Of a DNA stretch of 64,000 bases, positions 51,752-60,875 are shown one piece after another. The notes under the pieces are model-generated. The model searched no databases. It saw nothing but the letters and a program-made list of their open reading frames with translations, and was not told the origin of the DNA. A program made the position numbers and the translations under genes. Origin of the DNA: Alphaproteobacteria bacterium (GTDB taxonomy: Bacteria > Pseudomonadota > Alphaproteobacteria > Bin95); NCBI GenBank assembly GCA_022827685.1, contig JAJEIH010000150.1, positions 18,741 through 82,740 of the forward strand, written 5' to 3'. How positions within the stretch are numbered: the stretch's first letter is position 1; every line of letters starts with the position of its first letter.

Positions 51752-52497
51752 CCGGCGAGCCGGGCGAGCACCTCGTCCGACACGTCGTAATTGGCCGAGA
51801 CGTTCTGCACGTCGTCATGGTCGTCGAGCGCCTCGAGCAGCTTGAAGAGCACGGCGGCCGGTTCCTCCCCGACGGGCACGAGGGTCTGCGGCTTCCAGAT
51901 GAGCCGGGCCGCCTGCGCCTCGCCGATGGACCGTTCCAGCGCCTCGCGCACCGCATGCAGGTCTTCCGGCGCGGTCAGCACGTCGTGGCCTTCGTCGTCG
52001 GAGTCCATGTCATCGGCGCCGGCTTCCAGCGCCGCCTCGAAAATCTCGTCGCTGCCGGCGGCATCCCGGGCGAAGCGGACCAGCCCCGCCCGGTCGAACA
52101 GGAAGCTCACCGAGCCGGTCTCGCCGAGCGAGCCGCCATTCTTGGAGAAGGCGGCGCGGACATCGGCCGCCGTGCGGTTGCGGTTGTCGGTCAGCGCCTC
52201 GACGATCACCGCAACGCCGGCCGGCCCGTATCCCTCGTAGCGCACTTCCTCATAGACGGTCCCGTCGCCGTCGCCGGCGCCCCGCTTCATCGCGCGCTCG
52301 ATTCGGTCGCGGGGCATGTTGGCGCCGCGGGCGGCCTGGATGGCGGCGCGCAGGCGGGGGTTCGAGTCGGGGTCGGGGGAGCCCAGCTTCGCCGCCACCT
52401 CGATCTCGCGCCCGATCTTGGTAAAGAGGCGCGCGCGTTTCGCGTCCTGCGCGCCCTTGCGGTACATGATGTTCTTGAATTGCGAATGTCCGGCCAT
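51748..52497 (-). CDS. yebC: YebC/PmpR family DNA-binding transcriptional regulator
   Basis: [16 protein letters not shown]-terminus; 249 aa. Confidence 0.95.
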   Translation of the reverse strand: MAGHSQFKNIMYRKGAQDAKRARLFTKIGREIEVAAKLGSPDPDSNPRLRAAIQAARGANMPRDRIERAMKRGAGDGDGTVYEEVRYEGYGPAGVAVIVEALTDNRNRTAADVRAAFSKNGGSLGETGSVSFLFDRAGLVRFARDAAGSDEIFEAALEAGADDMDSDDEGHDVLTAPEDLHAVREALERSIGEAQAARLIWKPQTLVPVGEEPAAVLFKLLEALDDHDDVQNVSANYDVSDEVLARLAG

Positions 52498-52540
52498 CGG
52501 CCTGTGCGCCCTCTTGCCGCCGCGGAATCGGGACCCGTGG

Positions 52541-53362
52541 CTATATAACGCAGGCGGGCAGGGTCTGCGAGAGCCGGCCCCCGACCCGCACCGGCTCGGC
52601 GCTCAGCGCAAGCCCCGTCCGGTCGTCGGTTTCGACGAAGAGGCCGCACACGGTGGCCGGGCCCGCCGCGGGCTCCGGCCGCCCGCCCGACATCTTGCGC
52701 ACGAAGCGGCGCATCGGCTCCTCCTTGGCCATGCCGATGACCGAGTCGTAGTCGCCGCACATGCCGGCGTCGGTCTGGTAGGCGGTGCCCTTGGGCAGCA
52801 CCGTGGCGTCGGCGGTCGGGACATGGGTGTGGGTGCCGACCACGACCGACACCTCGCCGTCGAAGAAATGCGCGAAGGCCATCTTCTCCGCGCTCGCCTC
52901 GCCGTGGAAGTCGATCAGGACCGCGTCGGCCGCCCCGCCCAGCGGATAGCGCTTGAGCGCGCGCAGCACCGTAGCGAAGGGGTCGTCCAGCGGGTCCATG
53001 AAGAGCCGCGCCATGGCGTTGACGACGACCGCCCTGCGCCCGTCGTCCAGCACGACCTCGGCCAACCCCCGCCCCGGCGTGCCGGGCGGGTAGTTGATCG
53101 GGCGCAGCAGCCTCGGCTCGCCCTCCATGTAGGGGATGACCTCCTTGCGGTCCCAGACATGGTTGCCGGAGGTCACGACGTCGGCCCCCGCCTTGAACAG
53201 GCCTTCCACCATGTCCGGCATCATGCCGATGCCGTGGGCCATGTTCTCGCCATTGACCACGGCGAGGTCCACGGCGAGCCGCCGGCGCAGCTCCGGCAGC
53301 TCCTTCGCCACCGCATCGCGGCCCGAGCGGGCCATCACATCGCCGAGAAACAGGATTCGCAC
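52541..53362 (-). CDS. TIGR00282-type (YmdB-like) metallophosphoesterase
   Basis: [32 protein letters not shown] metallophosphoesterase motif series. Confidence 0.9.
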   Translation of the reverse strand: MRILFLGDVMARSGRDAVAKELPELRRRLAVDLAVVNGENMAHGIGMMPDMVEGLFKAGADVVTSGNHVWDRKEVIPYMEGEPRLLRPINYPPGTPGRGLAEVVLDDGRRAVVVNAMARLFMDPLDDPFATVLRALKRYPLGGAADAVLIDFHGEASAEKMAFAHFFDGEVSVVVGTHTHVPTADATVLPKGTAYQTDAGMCGDYDSVIGMAKEEPMRRFVRKMSGGRPEPAAGPATVCGLFVETDDRTGLALSAEPVRVGGRLSQTLPACVI

Positions 53363-53363
53363 G

Positions 53364-53858
53364 TCACGGCCTCCGCTGGAAAAACCTGAGTCCGGCCTCC
53401 GTCAGGACGCCGGCGAGCGGCCGGTCGTCCGGTCCGACGGGCACGGCCGCCACCTCCTGTGCCGCATGGGCCGCACCGATGGCAAGGGCGCCCGTCGCCG
53501 CAATCGTCCGGTCGTAATAGCCGCCGCCGTAGCCGAGCCGGTTGCCGCGGGCGTCGAAGGCGAGCAGCGGCACCAGCAGCACGTCCGGCTCCGCCGCCGG
53601 CCCCGTCGGCTCCAGGATGCCGAACGGGCCGGGCGCCAGCCTGTCCCCCGGCCGCCAGAGCCGGAATTCGAGCACCGTGCCGCGCGGTCCCGTCACCGGC
53701 AGCGCCACCGGCCGGCGGAGCGCCCGCAGCAGCGGGCGGGGGTCGATTTCCCCCCTGACAGGCCAGTAGCCTGCGATGCACCGCCCTTCGAGCGCCGCGT
53801 CGGGGCAAAGCGCGGCCGGCGGCAAGCCCGCCCGCCGCCGCAGCATTTCGCGCCGCAT
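53364..53858 (-). CDS. 5-formyltetrahydrofolate cyclo-ligase
   Basis: GYGGGYYDR motif. I prefer the ATG at 53858 (MRREMLRRRAG). The track ORF starts at a TTG at 53906 that would overlap the candidate 6S RNA. Confidence 0.85.
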   Translation of the reverse strand: MRREMLRRRAGLPPAALCPDAALEGRCIAGYWPVRGEIDPRPLLRALRRPVALPVTGPRGTVLEFRLWRPGDRLAPGPFGILEPTGPAAEPDVLLVPLLAFDARGNRLGYGGGYYDRTIAATGALAIGAAHAAQEVAAVPVGPDDRPLAGVLTEAGLRFFQRRP

Positions 53859-53879
53859 GGCCGCCTTGGCGGACGAAAG

Positions 53880-54037
53880 CGAAGCCGCCCTGGCCGTCGG
53901 TCTCAAGCCAATCCTCCGGGACCCTCGCCATCGAGGTGGGCGTCGTGTGCCGAAGCCGGGACTCCGGCAGGGACAACTCCCTGGAGTTTCGGTAACGGCC
54001 CCGGGATTTCGTTAGCCAAACGCACCGGGCAGCTTCG
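53880..54037 (-). ncRNA. ssrS: candidate 6S RNA
   Basis: About 158-nt gap between zapA and the 5-FCL gene, which is the classical zapA-ssrS-ygfA arrangement. The 5' AAGCUGCCCGG can pair with the 3' CCAGGGCGGCUU. An inner stem AUCCCGGGGCC / GGGUCCCGGAGGAU and small hairpins sit on both sides of a central unpaired region. Ends are approximate. Confidence 0.5.
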
Positions 54038-54045
54038 CGGCGACT

Positions 54046-54354
54046 CTATTCGGGCGCGAATCTGGACGCAACCGACTCGACCTTGTCGGCGAGATATTCG
54101 AGCGCCATGGCCAGTTCTTCCAGGTCCGGCGCCTCTTCCTGCTTCCGGGCCGCCTGCTCCCGGATGAGGTCGTCGGCCAGCATCACGCTCGCCATGACGA
54201 CGAGGTTGAGGTCGTTCACCCGGCCCATCTGGTTTGCAAGCTCGCCGACCCCGGCGTCCAGCAGCGCGCCCGCCGCCCGGATGCGCTCCTCCTGGCCGTC
54301 GTCGCAGGAGAGGCTGTATTGCTTGCCGTTAATCGTGATCGCGACCTGGGCCAA
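54046..54354 (-). CDS. zapA: cell division protein ZapA
   Basis: (M)AQVAITINGKQYSLSCDDGQEERI is a typical ZapA N-terminus. Probable TTG start at 54354, 7 nt after GGGGAG. Confidence 0.85.
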   Translation of the reverse strand: MAQVAITINGKQYSLSCDDGQEERIRAAGALLDAGVGELANQMGRVNDLNLVVMASVMLADDLIREQAARKQEEAPDLEELAMALEYLADKVESVASRFAPE

Positions 54355-54358
54355 GGCG

Positions 54359-54565
54359 CTACTCCCCGCTCTCGACCGCCGCATCGAGGCGGGCTATGGC
54401 GGCGTCGAGGCGCGCCGCAACCTGGCCGTGCAGGGCCCGGAGCGCGGCGATCTCGGTTTCGGCTTCGGGATTTCCGCCCGGGGCCGAATCGAGCCGCTCC
54501 AGAGCAGCGTCGATGCGCGAGAGCGCCGCTTCGATGCGCGAAATGACGGCTTCGTTTCCGGTCAT
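54359..54565 (-). CDS. small coiled-coil protein (DUF4164-like) upstream of zapA
   Basis: 68 aa from the ATG at 54565: MTGNEAVISRIEAALSRIDAALERLD..., with heptad-like repeats. Confidence 0.65.
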   Translation of the reverse strand: MTGNEAVISRIEAALSRIDAALERLDSAPGGNPEAETEIAALRALHGQVAARLDAAIARLDAAVESGE

Positions 54566-54711
54566 GCGGTTTCCGGCCCCGTTACGGTCCTTATTTGACA
54601 GCCCGCATTCATCAGCGTCAACAAACCGCTGTCCGGCCGTGTTGACGGCGGCGGTCCGGGACGGGCATTTTGCCGGCCCCGACGCCTCCAATTCCGGACC
54701 GCCCTGTTCCC

Positions 54712-56688
54712 ATGTCCGCCCGATCCGACCTCGCCTCCATGGCGAATGCCTTGCGCGCGCTTGCCATGGACGCCGTCGAGCAAGCGAATTCCGGCCATCC
54801 GGGCATGCCGATGGGCATGGCGGATGTGGCGACCGTGCTGTTCACCCGCTATCTGCGCTACGACGCCGGCGCTCCCGACTGGCCGGACCGGGACCGGTTC
54901 GTGCTGTCCGCCGGGCACGGCTCGATGCTGCTCTACGGCCTGCTGCACCTGGCCGGCTATCCCGGCATGGAGATGGGCGAGATCGAGCGCTTCCGCCAGC
55001 TCGGCAGCGCCACGCCCGGCCATCCGGAATACGGCCACAGCCCCGGCGTCGAGACCACGACGGGGCCGCTCGGGCAGGGCATCGCCACGGCGGTCGGCAT
55101 GGGCATCGCCGAGCGCGCGATGAACGCCGCCTTCGGCGACGGCCTCGTGGACCATCGCTGCTGGGTGATCGCCAGCGACGGCGACATGATGGAGGGCGTG
55201 TCGCACGAGGCCGCGGCGCTGGCGGGCCACCTGCGGCTCGGGCGGCTGATCGTCCTCTATGACGACAACGGCATTTCCATCGACGGGCCGACCGCGCTCG
55301 CCATGTCCGACGACCCGGCGCGGCGCTTCGAGGCCTGCGGCTGGCACACGACCGCCTGCGACGGACACGACGCGGACGACATCGCCCGCGCCATCGACGC
55401 CGCGCTCGCCGACCCGCGCCCGTCCCTCATCTCCTGCCGCACGACCATTGCGCTCGGCGCGCCGACCAAGGCCGGGACAGCCGCCTCGCACGGCGCGCCG
55501 CTCGGCGCGGAGGAGGTGGCGGCGGCTCGCGAGGCGCTCGGCTGGTCCCATGCCCCCTTTGTCATCCCGAACGACATCGCCGCCGCCTGGCGCGAAGCGG
55601 GCGCGCGGGGCAGGGCGGCGCGGGAAGCCTGGCAGAAACGGCTGGAGGCGAGCGCGGACCGGGCGGAGTTCGAGCGCCGCGCCAGCGGCGCGCTGCCCGC
55701 CGGCTTCGAGGCCGCGATGACAGAATACAAGGCGGGCCTGCTGGCGGACCCGCCCAGGCTGGCCACAAGGCAGGCGTCGCAGCGCGCGCTCGGCGCGGTG
55801 AACGCGGCGCTGCCGGAGACCATCGGCGGCTCGGCCGACCTCACCGGCTCCAACGGCACGCTGACGCCCGGCTTGGAGCCCTGGAACGCGGACAATTACG
55901 GCGGCCGTTACCTGCATTACGGCGTGCGCGAGCACGGCATGGCGGCGGCGATGAACGGCATGGCGCTGCATGGCGGCGTCATCCCCTACGGCGCGACCTT
56001 CCTGACCTTCACCGACTATTGCCGGCCCTCCATCCGACTCGCGGCGCTGATGGGCATCCGGTCGATCTTCGTCATGACGCATGATTCCATCGGGCTCGGC
56101 GAAGACGGGCCGACGCACCAGCCGATCGAGCATCTGGCGAGCCTGCGCGCCATGCCGGGCCTCGTCACCATGCGCCCGGCGGATGCGGTGGAAACCGCCG
56201 AATGCTGGGAGGTCGCGCTGTCGCTCAAGGGGCCGTCCGTGCTCGCGCTGACGCGGCAGGGCGTGCCCGCCGTCCGCACGGAGCCGGCGGCCGAGAACCT
56301 CTCGGCGCGCGGGGCCTATGTGCTCGCTGATTGCGAGGACGCGCCGGCAGCGGTGCTGATCGCCACCGGCTCCGAGGTCGGCATCGCGATGGAGGCGAAG
56401 GCGGCGCTGGACGGCTCGGGCGCGCCGGCGCGCGTGGTCTCGATGCCGTCGATGGAGCTGTTCGAGCGCCAGGCCGCCGCCTACCGCGCCCATGTGCTGC
56501 CGGAGGGCTCGGTGCGCGTCGCTGTGGAAGCCGCCTCGTCCTTCGGCTGGGACCGCCATGTGGGCCCGGGCGGGGCGGTGGTCGGCATCGACGGCTTCGG
56601 CGCCTCGGCCCCGGCCCCGGCGCTATACGAGCATTTCGGCATCACGGCCGCGCGGGTGGTCGAGGAAGTGCGCGCCCGGCTCGGCTGA
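54712..56688 (+). CDS. tkt: transketolase
   Basis: SGHPGMPMGMAD and GDGDMMEG-like TPP motifs; about 658 aa from the ATG at 54712. Confidence 0.95.
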   Translation: MSARSDLASMANALRALAMDAVEQANSGHPGMPMGMADVATVLFTRYLRYDAGAPDWPDRDRFVLSAGHGSMLLYGLLHLAGYPGMEMGEIERFRQLGSATPGHPEYGHSPGVETTTGPLGQGIATAVGMGIAERAMNAAFGDGLVDHRCWVIASDGDMMEGVSHEAAALAGHLRLGRLIVLYDDNGISIDGPTALAMSDDPARRFEACGWHTTACDGHDADDIARAIDAALADPRPSLISCRTTIALGAPTKAGTAASHGAPLGAEEVAAAREALGWSHAPFVIPNDIAAAWREAGARGRAAREAWQKRLEASADRAEFERRASGALPAGFEAAMTEYKAGLLADPPRLATRQASQRALGAVNAALPETIGGSADLTGSNGTLTPGLEPWNADNYGGRYLHYGVREHGMAAAMNGMALHGGVIPYGATFLTFTDYCRPSIRLAALMGIRSIFVMTHDSIGLGEDGPTHQPIEHLASLRAMPGLVTMRPADAVETAECWEVALSLKGPSVLALTRQGVPAVRTEPAAENLSARGAYVLADCEDAPAAVLIATGSEVGIAMEAKAALDGSGAPARVVSMPSMELFERQAAAYRAHVLPEGSVRVAVEAASSFGWDRHVGPGGAVVGIDGFGASAPAPALYEHFGITAARVVEEVRARLG

Positions 56689-56724
56689 GCGGCGGGCGCG
56701 GAACAGGCAAGGGAGGCAAGCGCC

Positions 56725-57729
56725 ATGACAGCCAGGGTCGCAATCAACGGGTTCGGGCGCATCGGCCGGCTGGCGCTGCGCGCGGCGCTGGAATCGGGGC
56801 GCAACGACCTGGAATTCGTCGCGGTCAACGATCTGGGCTCGGTCGAGGCGAATGCGCATCTGCTGAAATACGATTCGACCCACGGCACCCTGCCGTTCGA
56901 GGTCAAGGCGTCGGGCAGCAGCATCGAGGTCGCCGGGCGGTCCATCGAGGTGATGGCCGAGCGCAACCCGGCGGACCTGCCCTGGGGCAAGCTCGGCATC
57001 GACATCGTGCTCGAATGCACCGGCATCTTCGCCAGCAAGGCCAAGGCGGCCGCGCATCTGGAGGCGGGCGCGCGCAAGGTGCTGGTCTCGGCCCCGGCGG
57101 ACAATGCGGACCTCACGGTCGTCTATGGCGTCAACCATGAGGGGCTGGAGGCCGGCCACACCGTCGTCTCCAACGCCTCCTGTACCACCAACTGCCTCGC
57201 CCCGGTGGCGCAAGTGCTGCACCGCGCGGTCGGCATCGAGCGCGGCTTCATGACCACGATCCACGCCTTCACCGGCGACCAGGCGATCCTCGACACGCTG
57301 CATGGCGACCTCCGCCGCGCGCGCGCCGCCGGGCAGTCGATGATCCCGACCTCGACGGGCGCCGCGCGCGCCGTCGGGCTGGTGCTGCCGGAGCTTGCCG
57401 GCAAGCTGGACGGGACCTCGGTGCGCGTGCCGACCGCGAACGTATCCCTCATCGACTTCAAGTTCTCCGCCGGCCGCGCCACGACCGAGGACGAGGTGAA
57501 CGGGGCCATCGCGGAGGCGGCCGGGGGCCGGCTGAAGGGCATCCTCGGCGTCAACGAGGCCCCGCTGGTCTCCGCCGATTTCAACCACGACCCGCACAGC
57601 GCGGTGTTCGACTCGACCCAGACCAAGGTCATAGACGGCAGCTTCGTGCGCGTCATGGCCTGGTACGACAATGAATGGGGCTTCTCCAACCGCATGTCCG
57701 ACACGGCCGCGGCGCTCGCGGCGGCGTGA
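56725..57729 (+). CDS. gap: type I glyceraldehyde-3-phosphate dehydrogenase
   Basis: INGFGRIGR motif and active site [12 protein letters not shown]. Confidence 0.97.
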   Translation: MTARVAINGFGRIGRLALRAALESGRNDLEFVAVNDLGSVEANAHLLKYDSTHGTLPFEVKASGSSIEVAGRSIEVMAERNPADLPWGKLGIDIVLECTGIFASKAKAAAHLEAGARKVLVSAPADNADLTVVYGVNHEGLEAGHTVVSNASCTTNCLAPVAQVLHRAVGIERGFMTTIHAFTGDQAILDTLHGDLRRARAAGQSMIPTSTGAARAVGLVLPELAGKLDGTSVRVPTANVSLIDFKFSAGRATTEDEVNGAIAEAAGGRLKGILGVNEAPLVSADFNHDPHSAVFDSTQTKVIDGSFVRVMAWYDNEWGFSNRMSDTAAALAAA

Positions 57730-57774
57730 GAGGAAGCTGGACTCCCGGCCGCCGCTCGTGCGAGACTTGCCACC

Positions 57775-57969
57775 ATGACGGACGGGCCGACGCCGCATGA
57801 GTTATCCGAGCGGATCGCCCGCGTTGAGGAGCGCATGAAGACCATGCAGGCCGAATACGAAACAGGCTTGGCCAGGCTTGAAACGAAAATCGCCGAAGCG
57901 AAAGTTACGATCATCGTCGCTGTGCTCGGCATTGTCGGTCTGGCCGTCGCAATCCTGAAATTCGCCTGA
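57775..57969 (+). CDS. hypothetical tail-anchored coiled-coil mini-protein
   Basis: 64 aa: charged helical N-part (ERIARVEERMKTMQAEYETGLARLETKIAEAK) and a single C-terminal TM (VTIIVAVLGIVGLAVAILKFA). Confidence 0.5.
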   Translation: MTDGPTPHELSERIARVEERMKTMQAEYETGLARLETKIAEAKVTIIVAVLGIVGLAVAILKFA

Positions 57970-57980
57970 CGTCTCCCCTC

Positions 57981-58059
57981 GTCGGCCCGGCCTCCGAGCC
58001 GGGGCCTCCATGCAGCGTTGCCCCGGTGGCGCGTCCCCCGGATCGAGGCCCGGGGCGAC
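57981..58059. repeat. MITE/REP-like nested-palindrome repeat, copy C (short, about 79 bp)
   Basis: Arms GTCGGCCCGGCCTCCGAGCCGGGGCCTCCAT and GCGTCCCCCGGATCGAGGCCCGGGGCGAC, separated by only 19 nt. Starts 12 nt after the mini-protein stop. Confidence 0.7.
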
Positions 58060-58179
58060 GCAAAGGGAGCGTACCCTCTGCATCCTGGGCAGTTGCGAAG
58101 AACCGGAAAAGACGATGATGGTATGTTTGTAGCAAGCACGGATCGGCTTCTTCGCCGTACCCTTAGGGGAACTATTGCC

Positions 58180-59346
58180 ATGCGCAAGGCAACCGCAACA
58201 ACCGTCCTCTTCGCCTGCGTTCTGGCGTTCGTGCCGGTCAGCTACGCACCGGCGAAAGCCAGTGACAGCACTTGCGTGGCAGCTTGGCGCGACTACAACG
58301 CCGCTCGCGAAGCCGCCATCGCCGCCGCCAATGTTGCCTACGATGCCGCCGCCCAAGGCACCGACAATTTCCACCTCCAGATGCTAAGGGCCAATGCCGC
58401 GCACGCCCAGAAACTAGCCGCCGGCTACGCAGCAGCCAGAGAGCGCATTCCTGCCAGCTGCAATTGCTTGGTCGCCCTCGTCGCCGCCGACGAAGCTCTT
58501 GTGTGGGCGGGCCTGGCCGATGTCAAGGCCACCCTTGCGGACGACCGGGCTGGGGTGGAGCGGGCTAATGACGCCATATCTCGCGCCTACGACGATCAAA
58601 AAAGGGCCTATAAATGTCTCCGTGCCAAGCGCCAACGGCAGGCGCAAGCCGAGCGCGAACAACAGCGAACCGCTCAGGAAGCGACGCGGCCCGCCCTGGA
58701 CCCGGTCCGAAATATGGCAGCCGATCTCGAAAAGCTGGAACGCGGCCTGTCACTTTCCCGCGGCCAGCGCGCCAACATCCAGCGCGCCTTGAATGCGCTG
58801 GGTCACAACGCCGGCGTCGCCGACGGCATTTTCGGACCGCGCACAAGAAAGGCCATCAAGGCGCTACAGAAAGCCTTGGGCGTCGAGCCGACCGGATACC
58901 TTAACATCGAGCTTTTCAGGCACTTGTCCGACATGGAACAGGCAACGCAAACCGCCGGCACACTAGCGCCGGCCAATACATGCGTGTCGGATAAAACCCT
59001 TGGAAAGACCGACTCGATAGGGGGCAGGCTCCGGGAAGATTACAAGGACTATTCAATCGAAGTTCAATTCACCAACGGATGCGCTCACAAAGCGACAGTT
59101 ATATGGCGGCATCTAATCGGTTTGAAATACGACCACGACCGAGGAAAACCGATAAAGTGCAGCAGCGGAAGCGCAACGAGTTTGGAGCCGGGAGAGTCTG
59201 AAACCGTACGCATGGGTCCCTTGCCGCGCGGCATAACGCAAACGTGGTCTCAGTGTACGCAGTATTACGACGGCGATACACAGAAGCGCACCGGCTACCG
59301 GACCTGCTACGCCGCCGGCCAGCCACGCTGTCCGCCGATCCCGTAA
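58180..59346 (+). CDS. secreted peptidoglycan-binding domain protein with unassigned N- and C-terminal domains
   Basis: AGGGGA SD and ATG at 58180. Signal peptide MRKATATTVLFACVLAFVPVSYAPAKA. PG_binding_1-like segment IQRALNALGHNAGVADGIFGPRTRKAIKALQKALGVEPTGYL. Cys-rich C-terminal region of about 140 aa. Markedly lower GC than its surroundings. Confidence 0.75.
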   Translation: MRKATATTVLFACVLAFVPVSYAPAKASDSTCVAAWRDYNAAREAAIAAANVAYDAAAQGTDNFHLQMLRANAAHAQKLAAGYAAARERIPASCNCLVALVAADEALVWAGLADVKATLADDRAGVERANDAISRAYDDQKRAYKCLRAKRQRQAQAEREQQRTAQEATRPALDPVRNMAADLEKLERGLSLSRGQRANIQRALNALGHNAGVADGIFGPRTRKAIKALQKALGVEPTGYLNIELFRHLSDMEQATQTAGTLAPANTCVSDKTLGKTDSIGGRLREDYKDYSIEVQFTNGCAHKATVIWRHLIGLKYDHDRGKPIKCSSGSATSLEPGESETVRMGPLPRGITQTWSQCTQYYDGDTQKRTGYRTCYAAGQPRCPPIP

Positions 59347-59426
59347 CGCGGCAATCACCTACGGCTTGCGGCCCCGGCCTCTGCCGGATTCGGGTTGGTA
59401 ATCGGGAGAAGTATTTTCCGCTGAAA

Positions 59427-60326
59427 TCACGCAGCCCGCGGCCGCTCCCCCTGTATCTGCGTGCGGTGCAGCCTCCGGCGCGTTGAGGCGTCGAAGGGGT
59501 CGCGGCGGTGCATGGTGCAGCGGTTGTCCCAGAGCACCAGGTCGCCGACCTGCCAGCGGTGGCGGTAGGTGAAGCGCTCCTGCTGGACATGGCTCCACAG
59601 CTCGTCCAGCAGCGCCTCCGACTCCGAGACCTTCATGCCCTCGACATAGGAGTTGAGCCGCCGGCCCAGATAGAGCACCGGCCGTCCGCTCTCCGGATGC
59701 ACCGGCACGGCGGGATGGCTGGCGCCGGGCGCCTCGCTTACATCCACGACCTCGTCGAAGCCCGCGCGCAGATAGCCGCCGGAATTGACGCTTGAGTCGT
59801 GGCGGACGCTGGCGGCCTCCAGCCGGCGCCGCAGGTCCGCCGGAAGCGCCTCCAGCGCGGCATACATGTTGAGGAAGCAGGTGTCGCCGCCTTCCGGCGG
59901 GATTTCCAGCGCGTAGAGGGCGCTGGCCTTGGGCGGGCGCTCCTCATAGCTCATGTCGGTGTGCCAGGAGGCCTCGCCCGCGCCGAGCGAGCCGATGGGT
60001 TTGCCGTCCCTGACGATGTTGGAGATCACGTAGAGCTCCGGCACGCCCTCCACCATGGTCTGGCCGTTCTCCATGATCGGCGCATGGTCGAGCTTGCCGA
60101 AGCGCGACGAAAAGGCGACGAAATCCGCGTCCGTCAGCGTCTGCCCGCGAAACACCACCACGCCGTGCTCGATCCAGGCGGCGTGGATGGCCGAGAAGGT
60201 TTCATCGTCGAGCGGCCCGGAAAGGTCCACGCCCTCGATAACGGCCCCGAGCGCGGCCCCTGTCGGCACCGTCCTGACGATCTGTTCGACACCTTCCGGC
60301 ATGGCCCGGGCCTCCTCGTTCGCCAA
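59427..60326 (-). CDS. TauD/TfdA family Fe(II)/2-oxoglutarate dioxygenase (second copy)
   Basis: WHTDMSY facial-triad motif and WDNRCTMHRR. An alternative start MPEGVEQ lies at 60302. Confidence 0.9.
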   Translation of the reverse strand: MANEEARAMPEGVEQIVRTVPTGAALGAVIEGVDLSGPLDDETFSAIHAAWIEHGVVVFRGQTLTDADFVAFSSRFGKLDHAPIMENGQTMVEGVPELYVISNIVRDGKPIGSLGAGEASWHTDMSYEERPPKASALYALEIPPEGGDTCFLNMYAALEALPADLRRRLEAASVRHDSSVNSGGYLRAGFDEVVDVSEAPGASHPAVPVHPESGRPVLYLGRRLNSYVEGMKVSESEALLDELWSHVQQERFTYRHRWQVGDLVLWDNRCTMHRRDPFDASTRRRLHRTQIQGERPRAA

Positions 60327-60443
60327 CCGCCTGCAATGTCGGGCAAGCGGCGCTCAGGGTCAATGCGCTCGTTGTCCCGGATCGCAGGGGCGACGGCGCG
60401 CCTGTTTTCCACTCTCCGGGGCGGGCAGTCAAGCTTTTGTTCA

Positions 60444-60469
60444 TGATTTCAGAAATATTTCTTAAATCA
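60444..60469. promoter_or_regulatory. 26-bp AT-rich near-perfect palindrome (operator-like)
   Basis: TGATTTCAGAAATATTTCTTAAATCA has 12 of 13 symmetric pairs, with a perfect 12-bp core AGAAATATTTCT. It is flanked by mirrored AGTCAAG (60427-60433) and CTTGACT (60471-60477). Confidence 0.55.
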
Positions 60470-60875
60470 ACTTGACTTCCCGGCGCCCGTCCCGATATTG
60501 GGGTGTGAGGAAGCGGCATCCGCGCGGGGCCGCTTCACGTCCCGGTTCGCGCCGGCGCGAAAAAAGTCCAACGGAACGGACGGGAAAGGTGCGCCCTGAT
60601 TTCGGGGTTGCGCGCGCGGGCAATCAGGCGCGCGAACCGCGCCGGTGCAAACACGCGCCCAAGCCCGCGCGCAGGCGCGCACGCGATACGCGCGGAAACA
60701 GGGTCCCGCCTGCCGGCCGGACCGGCGGCGGGGGGAACGGAACGGAACGCGATGGAGGAACGCCATGCGAAATACGGACGGGCACGCGAAATCGCCTCTT
60801 CCGCACGAGGGAGAGATATCGGCGGCCAGGCAACCGCCGGGCGGACAGGATGGCCTCCGATCCCGGCCCTCTCCC

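Noticed and set aside
53859-53906. TTG-initiated N-terminal extension of the 5-formyl-THF cyclo-ligase
   Set aside because: The extension (MRPTARAASLSSAKAA) is not family-like and would overlap the 3' part of the candidate 6S RNA. The ATG at 53858 gives a typical N-terminus.
54562-56559. 665-aa ORF on the minus strand
   Set aside because: It lies antisense to transketolase and has no motifs. A high-GC artefact.
60560-60720. Cobalamin-riboswitch-like stretch (ACGGGAAAGGUGCG ... GUCCCGCCUGCC)
   Set aside because: It resembles the GGGAA..GGUG core only superficially. There is no GCCACUG B12 box, and the downstream genes are not B12-related. A covariance-model search is needed before any claim.
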